This document shows positions 1-10,949 of a DNA stretch of 64,000 bases, piece by piece (position 1 is the stretch's first letter; each line of letters starts with the position of its first letter). The notes under the pieces are model-generated. The model had not been told where the DNA came from. It saw nothing but the letters and a program-made list of their open reading frames with translations, and ran no database searches. The DNA is from an uncultured Flavobacteriaceae bacterium (GTDB lineage: Bacteria; Bacteroidota; Bacteroidia; Flavobacteriales; Flavobacteriaceae). The DNA lies in NCBI GenBank assembly GCA_943787295.1, contig CALSLW010000002.1, positions 212,189 through 276,188 of the forward strand, given 5' to 3'. Made by a program: the position numbers and the translations under genes.

Positions 1-501
1 GCCAAAAATAGACAGCGGTGTTTTTGACAAGTACTCATTTAAGTCTGTATACTGACATTGTACACGAGCTAAAGAAGCCATACTAGCCTGAACCACTTTA
101 GGGTTATAACAATCTACCGTATCTAGCGACCCAATAATGTTTTTTATACCAAACCAGTCACAGATACGCAATATTGTTCCTAGATTTCCTGGATCTGAGA
201 CTTTATCTAATATTAAAATACGACCCTTATTTGGTAAAACATTAGCCTGGGGAATCTCAAAAACGCCTAAATAAGGAGAAGCATTTTTTAAGCAACTCAT
301 CTTTTGCATTTCATTTTCTGTCACTAAGACTGCTCCTTTAAGCTTTGTGTTCTCGGTAGAAAAAAGTTTTTTTGGTTGAAAACCTCCTGCAATAAATTCT
401 TCGACAGACTTCTTTCCTTCAACAAGAAATTGTTGTTCGGTCTTTCTCGCTTTTTTAGTTGCAAGTGAATTGATCTGTTTGAGCTCCTTTTTGGTAATCA
501 T
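1..501 (-). CDS. TrmH/SpoU family RNA methyltransferase (3' end runs off the window)
   Basis: Read manually, not in the ORF track. ATG at 501 gives MITKKELKQINSLATKKARKTEQQFLVEGKK...LILDKVSDPGNLGTILRICDWFG, the SpoU motif 1. Confidence 0.9.
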   Translation of the reverse strand, partial: MITKKELKQINSLATKKARKTEQQFLVEGKKSVEEFIAGGFQPKKLFSTENTKLKGAVLVTENEMQKMSCLKNASPYLGVFEIPQANVLPNKGRILILDKVSDPGNLGTILRICDWFGIKNIIGSLDTVDCYNPKVVQASMASLARVQCQYTDLNEYLSKTPLSIFG

Positions 502-509
502 AAATGATG

Positions 510-517
510 TATTTTTG
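510..517 (+). promoter_or_regulatory. Bacteroidetes sigma70 -7 element TATTTTTG upstream of tamL
   Basis: Matches the TAnnTTTG consensus and supports a start at TTG 536 rather than 470. Confidence 0.6.
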
Positions 518-535
518 CCTTCAAAGACTCCCTTC

Positions 536-3085
536 TTGAATTTGGCCAATACAAAAATAGTAATTCTCTTCGTGCTTTGTGTGATTTTACACAGCTGTAG
601 CAGCACCAAAAAATTAGCCGATGACGAAAATCTGATTGTCAAACAAAGTTTTGAACTCAATGATGAAATAATCACGCAAGATCCTGTCATCGTATTGTCT
701 CAAACTCCAGAGAACCAACGTTTACTGGGCATTCCCTATAAGCTACATCTTTACAACCTGAGTAAATCCAACACTGAAGAGCGTTTTGAAGCATGGCTAA
801 AACGGAAACCGCAACGGAAGGAGCGACTTAATAAATGGCTTTCGCCAAAACAACTAGAGCAAGTTAAGCGCTATCGAGTAGGCTTTTCTAATTGGATTAA
901 AAATACTGGCGAAGCACCCAGTCTAATTGATCACGATAAAATTGCATTAACAAATTCTCTTTTTACCCAATACTATAATAACCTGGGTTATTTTAACACG
1001 ACCTCTACCGCGACCATAGAATCAATAGGAACACAAAAATCAAGTATTCATTACAACATTACTACAGGTCCTCGCTTTACACTTGATAGCATTACTACTG
1101 TAATTGCTTCAAAAGACATTGATTCTATCTATAAAGTGTATCAAAAAGAAAGTGTTATAAATCAGGGAGAAGCCTTTAAAGTAGAAAACATCAACGCAGA
1201 AAGAGAACGCTTGATTAATGTATTTAGAAACAATGGTATTTTCAACTTTCAGCAAAGATCAATACGGTTCAAAGCCTTTAAAGACAGTCTAGGAATCGAT
1301 ACAAAAATCCCTTTAGTGGTAGAAATTAAAAATGCCCAAAAACGTGTTCAAGACACCTTAATCGAAATACCTTATCGCGTTCAAAAAGTAAAATCTCTTT
1401 CAGTTTATGTAGAAAACCCAGAGCAAGATTTTTCAACCTATACAGATTCTATCAACTATAATGGGATTAAAATCTTCTCTGTAGGACCTTTAAAGTACAA
1501 TCCTATTGTTTTGGCAAAAGGAGTTAAAATTTCTCCAGACCAAGCCTATAGCTACCAAGATAGAACCGCTACTTATCGATATTTTAATGAATTGCAAAAT
1601 TTCAAATACCCTACTATTACTTATAGTGCTGTAGAAAACGAACCTACTTTACTAGATGCAAACATATTCCTTAGCCCAAAAGAGCGCTTCTCTCTGGGTT
1701 TTGACTTTGACGTTTCTCATTCAAACATTCAAGATATCGGGATTACTTTAGGGACTTCGGTAATAAGTAGAAATATTTTTAGAGGAGCAGAAATACTTGA
1801 ATTTGGAGTAAAAAGCACCATTGGATCGTCGAGAGACGTCGCCGAAGAAAAGAGCACTTTCTTTAACCTTTTTGAAGTGGGTGGAAATTTATTGCTTCGC
1901 GTTCCGCGATTATTAGCCCCAAAAAAAATAAAATCTACTTTTTTTGACAACATCAATGTAAAAACAAACATCTCTTTAGGGATTTCACTTCAAGAAAACA
2001 TTGGGCTTGATCGACAAAGTTTTACAGGAAATTTTGAATACCAGTGGAAAACAAAACCTGCCTACACTTTTACTTTAAAACTAGCTGATATCGAGTATGT
2101 TGACAATAAGGCAATTAGCAATTATTTCAATGTTTATCGCAATTCCTATGATCGATTAAACGATATTGCCAAATCAATCCCCTCAATCAACAATCAATAT
2201 TTAAATGAACGCGGAAACCTCTCTATTACTAATGGTACAGATCTTTTTATTGATCATGTATTAAATAATCGAACAGATATTTCTACAGAGGATGATCGCT
2301 TTACAAATGTATCGAACATCAACGAACGTAAAAATCGTTTAACTGCCAATAACTTTATTGTAGGATCATCTTTTAGCTTTCTAAAAAACAATCAAGAAAG
2401 CATTATCGATGAAAGCTTTTCACAATTTAGGGTCAAATTTGAATGGGTCGGTAATTTACTTAACGGGATTTTAAATTTAACTGACAGTCCTAAAGACAGT
2501 GATGGAAATCGAGTTATTCTTAATCTAGCTCCCTCACAGTACTTCAAATCTGAGTTAAGTTATATCAAACACTGGGAAGTGGGCAGAGAAAGAATTCTTG
2601 CCTTTAGGGGATTTACAGGAATCGCTCTCCCTTATGGCAATTCAAAAAGCATCCCTTTTACCCGCTCCTATTACGCTGGAGGTTCAAATGACAATAGAGC
2701 ATGGAAAGCCTATAAACTAGGCCCAGGGTCCAGTAATGGCATCAACGAATTTAACGAAGCTAACTTTAAACTCGCCCTAAATCTTGAATACCGCTACCCT
2801 ATCATTGGGGCGATAAAAGGCGCCTTTTTTATCGATGCAGGAAACATCTGGAATGTCAATAACAATGTTCCAGATATAAGTCAAACGTTTAATAATTATA
2901 GAGATTTAAATCAACTTGCGGTAGGGACAGGCTTTGGACTACGTTATGATTTTGACTATTTTATTTTTCGCCTAGATACCGCCTTTAAAACTTTTGACCC
3001 TTCTCAGGCAGCTGAAGATCGTTGGGGGTCGCAAATATCACTTGATCAGGCCGTGTTTAATGTGGGAATAAATTATCCCTTCTAA
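536..3085 (+). CDS. tamL: TamL/BamA-TamA family (Omp85) outer-membrane lipoprotein
   Basis: Lipobox-like ILHSC, POTRA-like N-terminal region, YYAGGSNDNRAW motif and C-terminal GINYPF barrel signal. The ORF-track start at 470 overlaps trmH, so TTG 536 is preferred. Confidence 0.85.
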   Translation: MNLANTKIVILFVLCVILHSCSSTKKLADDENLIVKQSFELNDEIITQDPVIVLSQTPENQRLLGIPYKLHLYNLSKSNTEERFEAWLKRKPQRKERLNKWLSPKQLEQVKRYRVGFSNWIKNTGEAPSLIDHDKIALTNSLFTQYYNNLGYFNTTSTATIESIGTQKSSIHYNITTGPRFTLDSITTVIASKDIDSIYKVYQKESVINQGEAFKVENINAERERLINVFRNNGIFNFQQRSIRFKAFKDSLGIDTKIPLVVEIKNAQKRVQDTLIEIPYRVQKVKSLSVYVENPEQDFSTYTDSINYNGIKIFSVGPLKYNPIVLAKGVKISPDQAYSYQDRTATYRYFNELQNFKYPTITYSAVENEPTLLDANIFLSPKERFSLGFDFDVSHSNIQDIGITLGTSVISRNIFRGAEILEFGVKSTIGSSRDVAEEKSTFFNLFEVGGNLLLRVPRLLAPKKIKSTFFDNINVKTNISLGISLQENIGLDRQSFTGNFEYQWKTKPAYTFTLKLADIEYVDNKAISNYFNVYRNSYDRLNDIAKSIPSINNQYLNERGNLSITNGTDLFIDHVLNNRTDISTEDDRFTNVSNINERKNRLTANNFIVGSSFSFLKNNQESIIDESFSQFRVKFEWVGNLLNGILNLTDSPKDSDGNRVILNLAPSQYFKSELSYIKHWEVGRERILAFRGFTGIALPYGNSKSIPFTRSYYAGGSNDNRAWKAYKLGPGSSNGINEFNEANFKLALNLEYRYPIIGAIKGAFFIDAGNIWNVNNNVPDISQTFNNYRDLNQLAVGTGFGLRYDFDYFIFRLDTAFKTFDPSQAAEDRWGSQISLDQAVFNVGINYPF

Positions 3086-3096
3086 AGCATTTTTGC

Positions 3097-3104
3097 TATT
3101 TTTG
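3097..3104 (+). promoter_or_regulatory. -7 promoter element TATTTTTG upstream of fbaA
   Basis: TAnnTTTG about 20 nt before the ATG. Confidence 0.6.
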
Positions 3105-3123
3105 CCTCTTAGAAAACCAAGAA

Positions 3124-4194
3124 ATGAAAACAACTTTCCCAAAAGGTGTTGCTACGGGCCGCCAAGTTCAAGAGATTTTTCAATTTGCTAAAGCCAAAAA
3201 ATTTGCGCTTCCAGCAGTAAATGTTATCGGAAATAACACTGTTAATGCTGTATTGGAAACAGCGGCAGAATTAAACAGCCCGGTGATCATTCAATTTTCA
3301 AATGGTGGTGCACAGTTTAACGCTGGAAAAGGATTGAGCAACGACAAGCAACAATCTGCTATTGCAGGAGCTGTTGCAGGTGCAAAACACATCCACGAAT
3401 TAGCCGAATTATACGGTGCTACTGTAATCTTAAACACCGATCACTGTGCAAAAAATCTTTTGCCATGGATTGATGGCTTATTAGACGCAGGAGAAAAATT
3501 CTTTAAAGAAACTGGAAAGCCCTTATACAGCTCTCACATGATCGATTTGTCTGAAGAGCCATTAGAAGAAAATATTAGCCTTTGTAAAGAATACCTTACT
3601 CGAATGGCAAAAATGGAAATGACACTTGAAATCGAATTAGGGATTACTGGTGGAGAAGAAGACGGTGTCGACAATTCAGATGTTGATGTTTCTAAACTTT
3701 ACACCCAGCCAGAAGAAGTTGCTTATGCTTATGAAGAACTTATGAAAGTTAGTGACCAGTTTACCGTTGCAGCAGCATTTGGTAACGTTCATGGTGTTTA
3801 TAAGCCAGGTAATGTAAAGCTAACGCCAAAAATCCTAAAAAATTCTCAAGAGTATATTTCAGAAAAATACAATGTGGAAGAAAACACGGTAGACTTTGTT
3901 TTCCACGGTGGTTCTGGATCAACAGTAGAAGAAATTCGCGAGGCGATAGGATACGGAGTAATTAAAATGAACATCGATACAGATCTTCAATTCGCCTTCA
4001 CAGAAGGGATTCGCGATTATATGAACGAAAAAGTAGACTACTTGAGCTCTCAGATCGGTAACCCAGAGGGTGCAAATCAACCCAATAAAAAACACTACGA
4101 CCCACGTAAATGGTTACGCTTGGGAGAACAAACCTTCAAACAAAGATTGATCAAAGCGTTTGAAGATTTAAACAATATAAATACATTAGCTTAA
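3124..4194 (+). CDS. fbaA: Class II fructose-bisphosphate aldolase
   Basis: [33 protein letters not shown] and KMNIDTD motifs. Confidence 0.97.
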   Translation: MKTTFPKGVATGRQVQEIFQFAKAKKFALPAVNVIGNNTVNAVLETAAELNSPVIIQFSNGGAQFNAGKGLSNDKQQSAIAGAVAGAKHIHELAELYGATVILNTDHCAKNLLPWIDGLLDAGEKFFKETGKPLYSSHMIDLSEEPLEENISLCKEYLTRMAKMEMTLEIELGITGGEEDGVDNSDVDVSKLYTQPEEVAYAYEELMKVSDQFTVAAAFGNVHGVYKPGNVKLTPKILKNSQEYISEKYNVEENTVDFVFHGGSGSTVEEIREAIGYGVIKMNIDTDLQFAFTEGIRDYMNEKVDYLSSQIGNPEGANQPNKKHYDPRKWLRLGEQTFKQRLIKAFEDLNNINTLA

Positions 4195-4208
4195 GGAAAC
4201 TTAGTTTT

Positions 4209-5066
4209 ATGAGTTGGTTTAAACGTAGTGAAAAGGGGATTCAAACCCGAACAGAAGAGAAAAAAGACATCCCAAAAGGCCTGTGGTACAAGACTCCTAC
4301 TGGGAAAATTGTAGAAACCCAAGAGCTTGCAGAAAACTTTTATGTAAGCCCAGAAGATGAATATCACGTTAGAATAGGCAGTAAAGAATATTTTGAGATT
4401 CTATTTGACGAGAATCATTTTAAAGAACTAGACACTAAAGTTAGTTCTAAAGACTTTTTAAAATTCACTGATTCTAAAAAATACAGTGATCGATTAATTG
4501 ACGTCACTAAAAAAACAGGACTTAAAGACGCTATTCGAACAGCAGTAGGGAAATCCAAAGGAAAAGAATTAGTCATCACCTGCATGGACTTTGGGTTTAT
4601 TGGAGGATCCATGGGTTCTGTGGTAGGAGAGAAAATCGCGCGTGCAACAGATTATGCTATTGACAACAACTTACCCCTTGTGATTATTTCAAAATCTGGG
4701 GGAGCAAGAATGATGGAAGGAGCATTTTCGCTTATGCAAATGGCGAAAACCTCGGCTAAACTAAATAAGCTAGCAGAATCTAATCTCCCTTATATTTCAC
4801 TTTGTACTGACCCCACAACTGGAGGAACTACAGCATCTTTTGCAATGTTAGGCGATATCAATATCGCCGAACCTGGGGCACTAATTGCCTTTGCAGGACC
4901 CAGAGTAGTAAAAGACACCACTGGAAAAGACTTACCAGAAGGCTTTCAAAGAAGCGAGTTTTTATTAGAGAAAGGCTTCTTAGATTTTATCACCCATCGC
5001 AAAAACTTGAAAGACAAGATCAATCTCTATATTGATCTTATTCTAAATCAACCCATAAGAAATTAA
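4209..5066 (+). CDS. accD: Acetyl-CoA carboxylase carboxyltransferase beta subunit
   Basis: [20 protein letters not shown] and [11 protein letters not shown]; the Cys zinc finger is absent. Confidence 0.96.
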   Translation: MSWFKRSEKGIQTRTEEKKDIPKGLWYKTPTGKIVETQELAENFYVSPEDEYHVRIGSKEYFEILFDENHFKELDTKVSSKDFLKFTDSKKYSDRLIDVTKKTGLKDAIRTAVGKSKGKELVITCMDFGFIGGSMGSVVGEKIARATDYAIDNNLPLVIISKSGGARMMEGAFSLMQMAKTSAKLNKLAESNLPYISLCTDPTTGGTTASFAMLGDINIAEPGALIAFAGPRVVKDTTGKDLPEGFQRSEFLLEKGFLDFITHRKNLKDKINLYIDLILNQPIRN

Positions 5067-5097
5067 ATTTAGGACGTTAGTCTTACATAAATTGGTG

Positions 5098-5105
5098 TAT
5101 ATTTG
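5098..5105 (+). promoter_or_regulatory. -7 promoter element TATATTTG for rpsO-pnp
   Basis: Consensus TAnnTTTG followed by CA, about 48 nt before rpsO. Confidence 0.7.
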
Positions 5106-5153
5106 CACCGCTTTAATTAGCAACTACATAACAATCATTGAAATAATATTAGC

Positions 5154-5423
5154 ATGTATTTAACAAAAGAAATAAAAGAAAAAATTTTCGCAGATCATGG
5201 AACTTCAAAAACCGACACTGGTTCTGCCGAAGGTCAAATTGCTTTATTCTCGCACCGTATCAACCACTTGTCTGAGCACTTAAAAAGTAACCGTAAGGAT
5301 TACAACACAGAGCGTTCACTAGTGAAATTGGTAGGAAAGCGCAGAAGCTTACTAGATTACCTTAAAGCAAAAGATATCGAGCGTTACCGTGCGATCGTGA
5401 AAAAACTAGGTTTACGTAAATAA
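5154..5423 (+). CDS. rpsO: 30S ribosomal protein S15
   Basis: DTGSAEGQIA, LVGKRRSLLDYL and LGLRK; 89 aa. Confidence 0.99.
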   Translation: MYLTKEIKEKIFADHGTSKTDTGSAEGQIALFSHRINHLSEHLKSNRKDYNTERSLVKLVGKRRSLLDYLKAKDIERYRAIVKKLGLRK

Positions 5424-5534
5424 ACCACTATTTCTTTTTATCGGAGTATTGAAAAAAGCTGAATCAAAGTTTTTCATTGGCTGACCTACAGACACAACAC
5501 AACAACACTTAGGTTTAATTAAAATGAAGAAAAA

Positions 5535-7679
5535 ATGATTCCAAAAGTCTTTAAAGAGGTTATTGACCTCGGCGATGGAAGAGAAATCTCTATTGAATCG
5601 GGCAAGCTAGCAAAGCAAGCCCACGGTTCAGTTGTCGTGCAAATGGGAAAAACCATGTTGCTTTGTACAGTTGTATCTAACTACAAACAATCTGATGTAG
5701 ATTTTTTACCCCTAACGGTAGATTATCGCGAAAAATTCGCTGCAGCAGGTCGCTATCCTGGTGGATTCTTTAAAAGAGAAGCACGCCCTAGTGATGGTGA
5801 AGTTTTAACAATGCGTTTAGTGGACCGTGTATTGCGTCCCCTATTCCCAAAAGATTATCACGCAGAAACTCAAGTGATGATCCAGTTAATGTCGCATGAC
5901 GAAGAAGTTATGCCAGATGCATTAGCAGGACTTGCCGCTTCTGCTGCGATCCAATTAAGTGATTTCCCTTTCGAATGTGCCATCTCTGAAGCACGTGTTG
6001 CTCGTATCGATGGTGAATTTGTCATTAACCCTAGCCGTGAGCAGTTAGCACAGTCAGATATCGACATGATGATCGGTGCATCTGCAGACTCTGTCATGAT
6101 GGTAGAAGGTGAAATGGACGAAATTTCTGAAGAAGAAATGGCAGACGCCATTAAATTTGCACACGAAGCAATCAAAGTTCAAATTGCTGCACAGTTGCGT
6201 TTAGCAGAAGCCTTCGGCAAAAAAGAAGTGCGCGAGTACGAAACAGCAGAAGGAAATGAAGAGCTTGAAAAGCGCATTCACGACATGGCCTATGACAAAT
6301 GTTATGCTATTGCAAAACAGGGTACGTCTAAAGCAGAACGTGGAAATGCATTTGCTGAAGTAAAAGAAGAGGTAAAAGCTTCTTTCACCGAAGAAGAAAT
6401 GGAAGAATTTGGTCACCTTGTTGGAGGCTATTACAGAAAAGCAGAAAAAGAAGCTGTTCGTGAATTAACGCTTAGTGAAGGTGTTCGCCTTGACGGTCGT
6501 AAGACAGATGAGATCAGACCCATTTGGTGTGAAGTAGATTATTTACCTTCTACCCATGGATCTTCCATCTTTACCCGTGGTGAAACCCAAGCTTTAGCAA
6601 CGGTAACACTAGGAACTTCTAGAGACGCCAATAAAATTGATATGCCTTCTTATGAAGGAGAAGAAAACTTCTATTTACACTACAACTTCCCTCCTTTCTG
6701 TACGGGTGAAGCTCGTCCTTTAAGAGGAACTTCTAGACGTGAAGTAGGTCACGGAAACTTAGCACAACGCGGTTTAAAAGGTATGATCCCAGAGGATTGT
6801 CCTTACACGGTTCGCTTAGTATCAGAAGTATTAGAATCTAACGGTTCGTCTTCTATGGCAACTGTATGTGCTGGAACAATGGCATTAATGGATGCTGGTG
6901 TACAAATCACACGACCTGTATCTGGTATCGCAATGGGATTGATTTCTGATGGAGATCGATACGCAGTATTGTCTGATATTCTAGGAGATGAAGATCACTT
7001 AGGAGACATGGACTTTAAAGTAACCGGTACTTCAGAAGGAATTACCGCTTGTCAAATGGACATCAAAATCAAGGGATTATCTTATGAAATTCTTGTAAAA
7101 GCTTTACAACAAGCAAGAGCAGGGCGTTTACATATCCTTGATAAAATCACCGAAACGATTGCTACACCTGCAGAAGACGTGAAGCCTCACTCTCCAAAAA
7201 TGATTACCCGTGTCATTGCAAATGAGTATATCGGTGCATTAATTGGACCTGGAGGAAAAGTGATTCAAGAACTTCAAAAAGAAACTGGATGTACCATTGT
7301 TATCAATGAAGATCCAGTAACTGAAGAAGGTATTGTAGAGATCCTAGGAACTTCTCCAGAGGGTATCGCAATGGTTGAAGCTAAGATTGATTCAATCACC
7401 TTTAAGCCTGTTGTAGGAAACAGCTATGAAGTTAAAGTAATCAAAATGCTTGACTTTGGTGCGGTAGTAGAATACACAGAAGCTCCAGGAAACGAAGTTC
7501 TACTTCACGTTAGTGAATTAGCTTGGGAACGTACAGAAAATGTTTCTGACGTAGTCAATATGGGAGATATCCTTGAGGTAAAATACTTTGGTATTGACTC
7601 AAGAACTCGTAAAGAGAAAGTATCGCGCAAAGCTTTACTTCCTAGACCAGAAAGAAAAGAACGTCCAAATAAGGACTAA
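5535..7679 (+). CDS. pnp: Polyribonucleotide nucleotidyltransferase (PNPase)
   Basis: [25 protein letters not shown] (IGPGGK) and S1 domains; follows rpsO. Confidence 0.98.
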   Translation: MIPKVFKEVIDLGDGREISIESGKLAKQAHGSVVVQMGKTMLLCTVVSNYKQSDVDFLPLTVDYREKFAAAGRYPGGFFKREARPSDGEVLTMRLVDRVLRPLFPKDYHAETQVMIQLMSHDEEVMPDALAGLAASAAIQLSDFPFECAISEARVARIDGEFVINPSREQLAQSDIDMMIGASADSVMMVEGEMDEISEEEMADAIKFAHEAIKVQIAAQLRLAEAFGKKEVREYETAEGNEELEKRIHDMAYDKCYAIAKQGTSKAERGNAFAEVKEEVKASFTEEEMEEFGHLVGGYYRKAEKEAVRELTLSEGVRLDGRKTDEIRPIWCEVDYLPSTHGSSIFTRGETQALATVTLGTSRDANKIDMPSYEGEENFYLHYNFPPFCTGEARPLRGTSRREVGHGNLAQRGLKGMIPEDCPYTVRLVSEVLESNGSSSMATVCAGTMALMDAGVQITRPVSGIAMGLISDGDRYAVLSDILGDEDHLGDMDFKVTGTSEGITACQMDIKIKGLSYEILVKALQQARAGRLHILDKITETIATPAEDVKPHSPKMITRVIANEYIGALIGPGGKVIQELQKETGCTIVINEDPVTEEGIVEILGTSPEGIAMVEAKIDSITFKPVVGNSYEVKVIKMLDFGAVVEYTEAPGNEVLLHVSELAWERTENVSDVVNMGDILEVKYFGIDSRTRKEKVSRKALLPRPERKERPNKD

Positions 7680-7692
7680 ATTCTTGATGAAT

Positions 7693-7725
7693 AAAAAAAA
7701 CCACTCAAAAGAGTGGTTTTTTTTT
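7693..7725 (+). terminator. Intrinsic terminator after pnp (potentially bidirectional)
   Basis: A8-CCACTC-AAAA-GAGTGG-T9 hairpin. Confidence 0.9.
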
Positions 7726-7784
7726 GCCTTTGATGTAACAATTTTGAATTTCGAACGTATAAAGAAGTATAATAATCATATTCA

Positions 7785-8648
7785 ATGAGACAACTTAAAA
7801 TTACCAAACAGGTAACCAATAGAGAAACCGCCTCCTTAGACAAGTATTTACAAGAAATAGGAAAGGTTGATTTAATCAATGCAGAGCAAGAAGTTGAATT
7901 AGCACAACGCATTAAAGCTGGCGATCAAATCGCCCTTGAAAAGTTAACAAAAGCTAACCTCCGATTTGTGGTTTCTGTTGCCAAACAATACCAAAATCAA
8001 GGATTAACCTTACCTGATTTAATCAATGAAGGAAATCTAGGATTAATCAAGGCTGCAAAACGTTTTGACGAAACACGTGGTTTTAAGTTTATCTCTTATG
8101 CAGTATGGTGGATTCGTCAGTCTATCCTTCAAGCATTAGCAGAGCAATCTCGTATTGTTCGTTTGCCCTTGAATAAAATTGGGTCAATCAATAAAATAAA
8201 TAAAACTTATGCTTTTTTAGAGCAAGCCCATGAGCGTGCCCCTTCTGCTGAAGAAATTGCAAAAGAATTAGACATGACGGTGAATGACGTAAAAGAATCT
8301 TTAAAAAATTCTGGTCGTCACGTATCGATGGATGCACCCTTAGTAGAGGGAGAAGACTCTAACCTTTATGATGTGTTAAATAGTGGTGAGTCTCCAAATC
8401 CTGATCGTATTCTGTTACACGAATCATTAAAAACTGAAATTGAACGCGCACTAGAGACCCTTACTCCTCGTGAGGCAGATGTAGTACGTCTTTATTTTGG
8501 TCTGGGAGATCAACACGCTATGACACTTGAAGAAATTGGAGAAACTTTTGATTTAACACGCGAACGAGTTCGCCAAATCAAAGAAAAAGCAATTCGACGT
8601 TTAAAACACACCTCGAGAAGTAAAATTTTAAAAACCTATTTAGGATAA
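7785..8648 (+). CDS. rpoD: Primary RNA polymerase sigma factor (Bacteroidetes short RpoD)
   Basis: [14 protein letters not shown]-terminus, [24 protein letters not shown] and TRERVRQI; lacks region 1.1. Confidence 0.96.
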   Translation: MRQLKITKQVTNRETASLDKYLQEIGKVDLINAEQEVELAQRIKAGDQIALEKLTKANLRFVVSVAKQYQNQGLTLPDLINEGNLGLIKAAKRFDETRGFKFISYAVWWIRQSILQALAEQSRIVRLPLNKIGSINKINKTYAFLEQAHERAPSAEEIAKELDMTVNDVKESLKNSGRHVSMDAPLVEGEDSNLYDVLNSGESPNPDRILLHESLKTEIERALETLTPREADVVRLYFGLGDQHAMTLEEIGETFDLTRERVRQIKEKAIRRLKHTSRSKILKTYLG

Positions 8649-8654
8649 ATTTCC

Positions 8655-8684
8655 AAGCAAGCTTTACTGGCTTGCTTTTTTTTT
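8655..8684 (+). terminator. Intrinsic terminator after rpoD, abutting the rpe ATG
   Basis: AAGCAAGC-TTTACTG-GCTTGCTT stem-loop with a T-run ending at 8684. Confidence 0.75.
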
Positions 8685-9335
8685 ATGAAAAAACTCATTG
8701 CACCCTCTTTGTTAGCAGCAGACTTTGCTAACCTTCAACGCGACAGCGAAATGTTAAATAACAGTGAAGCCGATTGGTTTCACATTGATATAATGGATGG
8801 CGTTTTTGTGCCCAATATTTCTTTTGGTATGCCTGTATTAAAAGCCATAAGTGAGCACGCTAAAAAACCCCTAGATGTCCATTTAATGATTGTTGATCCA
8901 GATCGCTATATCGACACTTTTGCAGAATTAAATGCAGCCATTTTAACGGTGCATTATGAAGCTTGTTCGCACTTACATAGAAGCCTACAAAAGATTAAAT
9001 CTTGCGGCATGAAAGCGGGTTTAGCATTAAACCCTCACACCCCCGTACATCTTTTAGAAGACATTATCCAAGATATTGATTTAGTTTGCTTAATGAGTGT
9101 AAATCCTGGCTTTGGTGGGCAGTCTTTTATTGAGAATACTTATGCAAAAGTAAAGGCAATAAAACAACTTATTATAGATAAAGGTGCTACAACGCTAATT
9201 GAGATTGATGGAGGCGTAACAGACCAAAACGCTAAAGCTTTGACGGAGGCTGGAGCAGATGTCTTAGTTGCTGGAAGTTTTGTTTTTAAATCAGACAACC
9301 CGACCGAAACCATCGCGCGTTTAAAGGCAATATAA
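8685..9335 (+). CDS. rpe: Ribulose-phosphate 3-epimerase
   Basis: IAPSLLAADF, HIDIMDG, DVHLMI, MSVNPGFGGQ and IDGG motifs. Confidence 0.97.
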   Translation: MKKLIAPSLLAADFANLQRDSEMLNNSEADWFHIDIMDGVFVPNISFGMPVLKAISEHAKKPLDVHLMIVDPDRYIDTFAELNAAILTVHYEACSHLHRSLQKIKSCGMKAGLALNPHTPVHLLEDIIQDIDLVCLMSVNPGFGGQSFIENTYAKVKAIKQLIIDKGATTLIEIDGGVTDQNAKALTEAGADVLVAGSFVFKSDNPTETIARLKAI

Positions 9336-9352
9336 CGCTAAACTTATATCAT

Positions 9353-9384
9353 AAAAAAAGGCCGAGCAATACTCGGCCTTTTTT
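9353..9384. terminator. Bidirectional intrinsic terminator between rpe and ompA-1
   Basis: A7-GGCCGAG-CAATA-CTCGGCC-T6. Confidence 0.9.
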
Positions 9385-9401
9385 ATTTTATAAAGAAGAG
9401 A

Positions 9402-10733
9402 TTATTTCTTGTAAAACTCTACTCTTCTATTTTTAGCTCTTTTAGAAGCATCACCATTTAATGGTTTAGATGATCCCATAGCTACTACTTCAAGACGAGA
9501 AGCATCAACTCCTAACCCTACTAATTCATCACGAACAGACTCTGCACGTAGTAGTGATAATTTTTGATTGTAATCTTCATTTCCGTCAGAAGAAGCATGA
9601 CCTTGAATAACGATAATACCAATTGGGTTTTGGTCTAAAATACCTTTAATTTCAGCCACTGCATTAATAGAATCCTCTCCCATGATTTTTGAACCATTTG
9701 CTGGGAATAAAATACTACTACCTACTTGATTGATTGTAGACAAAATTTCATCTGTCAATTCTGGGCAACCATTTTCAGTTGTACCAGCTAATTCAGGACA
9801 ATCATCATCTTTATCAGCAACACCATCATTGTCAGAATCTGGCCATGGGCATCCGTTATTTTCAGCTGGACCAGCTTCTTCAGGACACTCATCATCTCCA
9901 TCAGCAATACCATCTTCGTCTGCATCTGGGCAACCATTTAGTGCTACAAGACCAGCAACTTCTGGACAAGCATCATCTTTATCTAATACTGTATCTCCAT
10001 CTGTGTCAGGGCAACCTTTATTTTCGGCTGGACCAGCAACTTCTGAACATTCGTCTTGTGGATCTGGAACACCGTCACCATCTGTATCAGGACATCCTTC
10101 AAACTCTTTTAAACCTGGCTCATCTGGACATTTGTCTTTTTTGTCATTTACACCATCCTTATCTCTATCACCTACACCAAAATCAAAGCTTAGTCCTAAA
10201 GATAAAAGACCATAATCTACTTCTGGATTCTCATTGATTTTCCCAATAGAATACTCTGCATAAAGACCTAATTTTTCTCCTAAAGCATAATCAAAACCTA
10301 CTGTTCCAAAGTTAGAATAATCTGTATTTAAAGAACTACTATCTGTACCATCTTTCAATGATGTTGTTCCATAAACACCTGCTTTGACATAAGGACTAAA
10401 TTTACCATCAATATTAAAACCGTACTTTAAAGCACCGTGCATACTAAAGAATTCATAATCTGTGGATGTACTTTCATCTTTTGTTTTTCCTAAAGCAACT
10501 TGACCTCCAATTGATAATCCTTTAAAGATTTTTCTGTAGAGTGATGCTTGTGGCAATCCTATAGAACCGCTCAAATCACCTGAAGCGACTGTCCCGTTTC
10601 TATTTACAATATCACTGTTAATTGAGGGAATTGTTGCGCCGATTGATATCTGCCATGGATTAGCAGAAGTTTGTGCAAATATTGACCCTGAAGCTAAAAC
10701 GCTTATAACCAACATTAATCTAATAAATTTCAT
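9402..10733 (-). CDS. OmpA family protein 1 (beta-barrel + 5 TSP3 repeats + OmpA C domain)
   Basis: Signal peptide, DxDxDGVxDxxDxCP...GCP repeats, [12 protein letters not shown] and NRRVEF. Confidence 0.92.
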   Translation of the reverse strand: MKFIRLMLVISVLASGSIFAQTSANPWQISIGATIPSINSDIVNRNGTVASGDLSGSIGLPQASLYRKIFKGLSIGGQVALGKTKDESTSTDYEFFSMHGALKYGFNIDGKFSPYVKAGVYGTTSLKDGTDSSSLNTDYSNFGTVGFDYALGEKLGLYAEYSIGKINENPEVDYGLLSLGLSFDFGVGDRDKDGVNDKKDKCPDEPGLKEFEGCPDTDGDGVPDPQDECSEVAGPAENKGCPDTDGDTVLDKDDACPEVAGLVALNGCPDADEDGIADGDDECPEEAGPAENNGCPWPDSDNDGVADKDDDCPELAGTTENGCPELTDEILSTINQVGSSILFPANGSKIMGEDSINAVAEIKGILDQNPIGIIVIQGHASSDGNEDYNQKLSLLRAESVRDELVGLGVDASRLEVVAMGSSKPLNGDASKRAKNRRVEFYKK

Positions 10734-10761
10734 AATAAATAGTTTTATTTTTTAAAGTGTT

Positions 10762-10769
10762 CAAATCTA
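10762..10769 (-). promoter_or_regulatory. -7 promoter element TAGATTTG for ompA-1
   Basis: caaatcta on the + strand reads TAnnTTTG on the - strand. Confidence 0.6.
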
Positions 10770-10901
10770 CTAAAAATCTGAATATAATTAAGGTGTTTGT
10801 TACAGAAAAAAGAGATATTAAAAAGAGTCTATTTGTTTTAATGTTAATGAGTTCCAAATAAGGTCATCATCAAAACCAAATGCTCATTATTTATGTAAAA
10901 C

Positions 10902-10932
10902 AAAAAAGGCTGAGCGTTGCTCAGCCTTTTTT
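10902..10932 (-). terminator. Intrinsic terminator after ompA-2
   Basis: A6-GGCTGAGC-GTT-GCTCAGCC-T6 on the + strand. Confidence 0.9.
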
Positions 10933-10949
10933 ATATAATTAAGTAGTTC

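Noticed and set aside
470-535. N-terminal extensions given by the ORF track (tamL 470, ftsA 25723, murD 31400, radC 50954, purK 55515, rhodanese 59599)
   Set aside because: They overlap neighbouring genes or -7 promoter boxes, or add sequence before the recognisable N-terminus. Downstream starts fit better.
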